Positions 51,558 through 55,453 of a stretch of DNA of 55,453 nt are shown piece after piece (position 1 is the first letter of the stretch; the number at the start of each line of letters is the position of its first letter). Where the stretch lies: NCBI GenBank assembly GCA_964637575.1, contig CAZWVU010000005.1, positions 1 to 55,453 on the forward strand, given 5' to 3'. Under the pieces are notes generated by a model, which worked only from the letters and a program-made list of their open reading frames with translations, had not been told where the DNA came from and ran no database searches. A program made the translations under genes and the position numbers. Source of the stretch: an uncultured Candidatus Saccharibacteria bacterium (GTDB lineage: Bacteria > Patescibacteriota > Minisyncoccia > UBA6257 > WO2-44-18).

Positions 51558-52019
51558 GTGAAGTCGATAATTTTCTGTTCCAGCCAGCGCAACAAGAAAT
51601 TGCTGCGGGAATTCATTACCCGCCTTCGCGCGGCGACGCCGGAGGGGAAGCGGCTCATCATTTACGAGCCCCGCTTTGATGAGGACGGCCTGCCCGACCA
51701 TCTCCGTGAACTTCCCGAATCCGAGCGGATGAAGGATCCGACCTACCGTTCGCGGGTCGTGGAAAAAGTCCTGATGCACAATGAGCTGATTCCCGCCGCC
51801 GATGTCTGCTACATTTTCAATCCGGGCGGCTATATCGGCAACAATACGCACGCCGAACTGGTGACCGCCGCCGTGCTGAAAAAGCACCGCTTCGCGTATC
51901 ACAAGCCGATCCTGATGGGCGAGTGGCCGGACAAGCTCCACGAGGAACCGTCCGCCACCGCATATGTGGATCAGAACGCGGTCTCCGATCCGAAAGAACT
52001 TATCCAGTATCTTCTTTAA
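51558..52019 (+). CDS. nucleoside 2-deoxyribosyltransferase / DNPH1-fold protein (153 aa), paralog of 50299..50922
   Basis: GTG start; IIFCSSQRN and VCYIFNPGGYIGNNTHAELVTAAVLKK. Confidence 0.4.
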   Translation: MKSIIFCSSQRNKKLLREFITRLRAATPEGKRLIIYEPRFDEDGLPDHLRELPESERMKDPTYRSRVVEKVLMHNELIPAADVCYIFNPGGYIGNNTHAELVTAAVLKKHRFAYHKPILMGEWPDKLHEEPSATAYVDQNAVSDPKELIQYLL

Positions 52020-52020
52020 G

Positions 52021-52051
52021 AAAAATCCCCTCATGAGGGGATTTCTTTTTT
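52021..52051. terminator. bidirectional terminator
   Basis: A-run, palindrome ATCCCCTCATGAGGGGAT, T-run; lies between convergent genes. Confidence 0.8.
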
Positions 52052-52601
52052 ACTTGGGATGAATGCCGCGCTTTTTCAGGCGTGCCAATGTTTCATTGAA
52101 GACGCCGTCGCGATCCAGATTGGTGGTGTCAATCACTTCGTGAAAGTGCTTGGGATCAAGATAATCCTCAATCGCGTACAGTGACTGGTACCGGGCGCGT
52201 TCGTTGGCGAGACGCTCTGCCGAAAGCCGCAGCATGTCGGAAAGTTCCTGCGCCTGGTTTTCCGGACGCATCTGCTGACGGCGCGCGCCTTCCACGGGGT
52301 CAATGGTGAAGAGAAGATTTATTTTGAGAAGACAGGAATCCCAAAAAGGCGCCATCCGCCCTTCAATGATCTGGTCGTCCCAATAGATAAGCGATTTCGC
52401 CATGTCGGCGTCCACCTTCTTTTCGCGTTCGGGATCACTGGCAAGCTCCGCGTAAAATTGCTCAATCGTTTTGCTTTCTTTCGCCGCCATTTCGCGGAAG
52501 ATGCCGCCGACATAGGTATACTTATATCCGAGAATGGGGGCCAGCCGTTTGCACAGCGTGGTCTTTCCCGATCCTTGATGGCCGCTGACCGCGATCAGCA
52601 T
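52050..52601 (-). CDS. P-loop nucleoside-monophosphate kinase, archaeal-type cytidylate-kinase-like
   Basis: MLIAVSGHQGSGKTTLCKRLA...GYKYTYVGGIFREMA...IIEGRM. Confidence 0.6.
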   Translation of the reverse strand: MLIAVSGHQGSGKTTLCKRLAPILGYKYTYVGGIFREMAAKESKTIEQFYAELASDPEREKKVDADMAKSLIYWDDQIIEGRMAPFWDSCLLKINLLFTIDPVEGARRQQMRPENQAQELSDMLRLSAERLANERARYQSLYAIEDYLDPKHFHEVIDTTNLDRDGVFNETLARLKKRGIHPK

Positions 52602-52643
52602 AATGTCTCCTCAAATAACTGCGAATATCTTATAATAAAGCCA

Positions 52644-54059
52644 ATGAAGTATCAACCGACCATCGGGTTGGAAATCCATGCCGAATTGAAGACGCAGACC
52701 AAGATGTTCTGTGATTCGCTCAACGATCCGGAGGAAAAACATCCGAATACCAACGTCTGCCCGATCTGTACCGGCCACCCCGGCACCCTGCCGACCATTA
52801 ACAAGCAGGCGGTTCAGCATGTGCTGAAAGTCGGCATGGCGATCAACGGCGACATTCCGCAGTTTTCCAAATTTGACCGCAAGAATTATTTTTACCCCGA
52901 TCTGCCGAAAAGCTATCAGATTTCCCAGTACGATCTGCCGCTGATTTTCGGCGGTTCGCTCAACAGTGTGCGCATCCGCCGCATTCATCTTGAGGAAGAC
53001 ACGGGTCGGCTTATCCATTCCGAAGACGGGAAGAGTTCGTATGTCGATTATAACCGCGCCAGCGTGCCGCTGATGGAATTGGTAACCGAACCGGATATCC
53101 GGAGCGCCGAGCAGGCGGGTGCCTTCGCGCGCGAATTGCAGCTTATCCTGCGCTATCTGGGCGTGTCCGACGCGGATATGGAGAAGGGGCAGATGCGCGT
53201 TGAGGCGAATATCAGTCTGAATATGGGCACCAAAGTTGAGGTGAAAAATATCAACTCTTTCAAAGCGGTAGAGGGCGCGATTAATTATGAAATCAAGCGG
53301 CAGGAGGAGGTGATTGAATCAGGAGGGAAAGTTGTTCAGGAAACGCGGGGATGGGATGATGTCCACAATAAAACCGTGTCCCAGCGGGCGAAGGAGAACG
53401 CGCATGAGTATCGCTACTTTCCGGAGCCGGATCTGCCGCCGCTGGACCTGATGCATTTTGATCTGAAGCAATTGAAGCTGGAAATTCCTGAACTGCCGCT
53501 CGCGAAACGCCAGCGGTTCGTGAAGCAGTACGGCCTGACGCCGGAGATGGCGGAGCTTTTGGTGCTCGACCGCCGCATGGGGGAATATTTTGAAGAATCG
53601 GTTTCAGAACTGGCGGAAGATAACAATGAGAATCTGCCCGAGAAAACCAAACTGCTTGTGAATTATCTCACCAGCGATCTGGCTGGACTTATGATCGCGA
53701 AAGAGATCAGCTGGGACGCGCTGAAAGTGGATCCAGAGAACTTTGCCGACCTGATCCAGATGATCGCGGGCGGGAAGATCAACAGCCGCGTAGCAAAGGA
53801 CGTGCTTGCGAAAATGTTTGAGACCGGCCTGGATCCGAACGACATCGTGGAAGAGGGCGGGCTAACGCAGGTGTCCGACGTGGACGCGTTACGCGCAATC
53901 GTGCTGAAAATAATCGCCGAAAATCCGAAGGCAATCGAGGATTACAAGAAAGGAAAGGAGGCGGCGCTCCAGTTTCTCGTGGGCAAATCCATGGCCGCAT
54001 TGAAGGGAAGAGGAAACCCCGAGGTTTTGAAGAAGGTTATTAAAGAGAATATACTGTAA
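52644..54059 (+). CDS. gatB: Asp/Glu-tRNA amidotransferase subunit B
   Basis: MKYQPTIGLEIHAELKTQTKMFC...CPICTGHPGTLP. TATAAT ends 7 nt before ATG 52644. The track start 52458 was rejected. Confidence 0.9.
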   Translation: MKYQPTIGLEIHAELKTQTKMFCDSLNDPEEKHPNTNVCPICTGHPGTLPTINKQAVQHVLKVGMAINGDIPQFSKFDRKNYFYPDLPKSYQISQYDLPLIFGGSLNSVRIRRIHLEEDTGRLIHSEDGKSSYVDYNRASVPLMELVTEPDIRSAEQAGAFARELQLILRYLGVSDADMEKGQMRVEANISLNMGTKVEVKNINSFKAVEGAINYEIKRQEEVIESGGKVVQETRGWDDVHNKTVSQRAKENAHEYRYFPEPDLPPLDLMHFDLKQLKLEIPELPLAKRQRFVKQYGLTPEMAELLVLDRRMGEYFEESVSELAEDNNENLPEKTKLLVNYLTSDLAGLMIAKEISWDALKVDPENFADLIQMIAGGKINSRVAKDVLAKMFETGLDPNDIVEEGGLTQVSDVDALRAIVLKIIAENPKAIEDYKKGKEAALQFLVGKSMAALKGRGNPEVLKKVIKENIL

Positions 54060-54079
54060 ATAGTTCCTGCGGAGGTTCA

Positions 54080-54508
54080 GTGAATAACGCAAAGATCCCC
54101 GAACTCGATGATGGCACGTGGGAAGCTCTGTATACCAAGGATTGCTATTACGATCCCAAGGGCGAAACGGTGAGGGCGATCAAGCTAAGGGTGAATATGT
54201 CGAAACGCGACTTCGCGCTTCGCGAGAAATTGCTGCCGTTCTGGTTTGCGAAAGCTACCCGGTTCGCGCACCGGGGCGGTCAGGCCGGGTGCATTACGAT
54301 CCGGCCCATGCATGAAGAAGTCGCGGTTATCACGTGGGGACTTACGGATGACGAGGAGCATTGGGCGCGGGCGCTTCGTACCAGGAAGGGCTGGAGAATT
54401 CTGACTCCCCAGGAAAAATGGGAATTCGGATTTACTCTCAATGATAAGGCCGACGGTTTCGAGAAGATTTGCCTGTATATCGGCGAAGAAGAAATTGCCC
54501 AATACTAA
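54080..54508 (+). CDS. orphan protein (142 aa)
   Basis: GGAGG is 4 nt before GTG; 20 nt after the gatB stop, so probably cotranscribed. Confidence 0.45.
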   Translation: MNNAKIPELDDGTWEALYTKDCYYDPKGETVRAIKLRVNMSKRDFALREKLLPFWFAKATRFAHRGGQAGCITIRPMHEEVAVITWGLTDDEEHWARALRTRKGWRILTPQEKWEFGFTLNDKADGFEKICLYIGEEEIAQY

Positions 54509-54533
54509 AAATCCCCCGAAGGGGATTTTTTAA
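54507..54533. terminator. bidirectional terminator
   Basis: A-run, stem ATCCCC/GGGGAT, T-run; lies between convergent genes. Confidence 0.75.
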
Positions 54534-54595
54534 TATGTTTTTTCTTTTATCCCACACATACCTGTGAGTATTGCAGACAGCGAAGCCGCTCAAAG

Positions 54596-55453
54596 TTATG
54601 TGTGGGATTTTATTTCTTTCAGTGCGCGCTTCACGAAGTCCGCAACTTTCATCACGTCATTTTTTTTGCTGTCTTTGTAGTGCCGGACGCTGACGGCGCC
54701 ATCGGCTACTTCTTTGTCGCCGACGACGGCGATGAACGGCACGCGGCGGATCTCCGCTTCGCGGATCTTTTTGCCGATGCTTTCGTTCTGGATGTTCAAT
54801 TTCGCGCGTACACCCCTCTTCTGGAGTTTCTTGGCGATCTGCCCGGCGTATTTCATCTGGCCTTCGCCGATACTCATCACTTCCACCTGGACAGGGGAGA
54901 GCCAGGTCGGGAGATGGCCGTCGGTGTGTTCCAACAGCATGCCGATGAACCGCTCAAAGGAACCGAAGATCGCGCGGTGAATGACCCAGGGAAGTTTCTT
55001 GGAACCGTCCTCGGCGGTGTAGTAGGTTTCAAACTGTTTTGGCAGCATCACCAGATCCAGCTGGGCGGTGCCCAACTGCCAGTCGCGGCCGAGCGAGTCG
55101 TTGAGGTGAACCTCAATTTTCGGGCCGTAAAAGGCGCCCTCGCCTTTGGCGATCGTGAACTGCTTGCCCGCCTTATTCAAGGCCTCGGTCAGCGCTTTTT
55201 CCGCCTTGTCCCAGTCCTCAACCGAACCGAGCGCTTTTTCCGGGCGGGTGGCGAGGATGTAGGTCGCTTTCAGGTTGAACATGGCGTAGAAGCGGTCCAG
55301 CATCGCCATAAAATTGATAACTTCTTTCTTTACCTGATTTGGCATAGCGTAGATGTGCGCGTCGTCCATCGTGATCTGGCGCACGCGGAACATGCCCCCG
55401 AGCGTGCCGGAGAGTTCGTTGCGGTGCAGGCGGCCGATCTCGGCGAGGCGGAG
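54596..55453 (-). CDS. thrS: threonine--tRNA ligase, C-terminal part (5' end beyond the window)
   Basis: The frame is open to the window edge: LAEIGRLHRNELSGTLGGMFRVRQITMDDAHIY (class II motifs), C-terminal anticodon-binding domain. Confidence 0.9.
   Translation of the reverse strand, partial: LRLAEIGRLHRNELSGTLGGMFRVRQITMDDAHIYAMPNQVKKEVINFMAMLDRFYAMFNLKATYILATRPEKALGSVEDWDKAEKALTEALNKAGKQFTIAKGEGAFYGPKIEVHLNDSLGRDWQLGTAQLDLVMLPKQFETYYTAEDGSKKLPWVIHRAIFGSFERFIGMLLEHTDGHLPTWLSPVQVEVMSIGEGQMKYAGQIAKKLQKRGVRAKLNIQNESIGKKIREAEIRRVPFIAVVGDKEVADGAVSVRHYKDSKKNDVMKVADFVKRALKEIKSHT

Noticed and set aside
54549-54608. 12-bp inverted repeat ATCCCACACATA/TATGTGTGGGAT overlapping the thrS stop codon
   Set aside because: It is probably part of the convergent terminator region between the 54080 ORF and thrS. 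It is a single occurrence with no conserved loop or related copy in the window.

Overview
This is a 55.5-kb window of roughly mid-50s % GC with a dense + strand bias. It reads like a reduced-genome bacterium, Patescibacteria/CPR-like. That assignment is my inference from four things: compact AlaRS/ProRS/PheT, an RpoA without a C-terminal domain, no biosynthetic operons, and many orphan small proteins.

Backbone genes, in order:
- tRNA-Pro(GGG), dnaG-rpoD, alaS
- infA-rpmJ-rpsM-rpsK-rpsD-rpoA-rplQ-rplM-rpsI
- murA-mreB, holB-like, frr-rseP-like, proS
- a second mreB followed by mreC-mreD-mrdA and a GalT-like gene
- a GDPD gene, dedA, pheS-pheT, gyrB, secE-nusG-rplK, gatB, and thrS (truncated by the window edge)

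Accessory or unexplained content sits between these genes:
- (a) 47159-52601: an array of nine separately promoted and terminated genes follows rplK where rplA is expected. It is enriched in pyrimidine deoxynucleotide enzymes: dCMP deaminase, dTMP kinase, a CMP-kinase-like protein, two DNPH1/deoxyribosyltransferase-fold paralogs and a degenerate Nudix-like protein.
- (b) 42697-43915: a translationally coupled three-gene orphan operon lies between pheT and gyrB.
- (c) 25472-28968: an orphan module with a YD-like repeat secreted protein, a 721-aa protein with no motif I recognise, and a convergent coiled-coil gene.
- (d) 1673-3073: tandem HExxH lipoprotein paralogs.
- (e) Several repeat families whose stems covary, which suggests RNA structure. 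These are three copies of a ~60-nt hairpin element after stop codons, two inverted ~145-nt elements bracketing the mre/mrdA block, and AT-rich ~115-nt elements.
- (f) 8279-8525: a long structured leader with mutually exclusive pairings upstream of a 65-aa membrane protein.
- (g) 33569-33837: a 19-bp inverted repeat that pairs the end of mreD with the mrdA start codon across a ~230-nt spacer.

I found no CRISPR array, rRNA, transposase or integrase. All functional calls come from motifs read by eye and from gene order. No database search was run.
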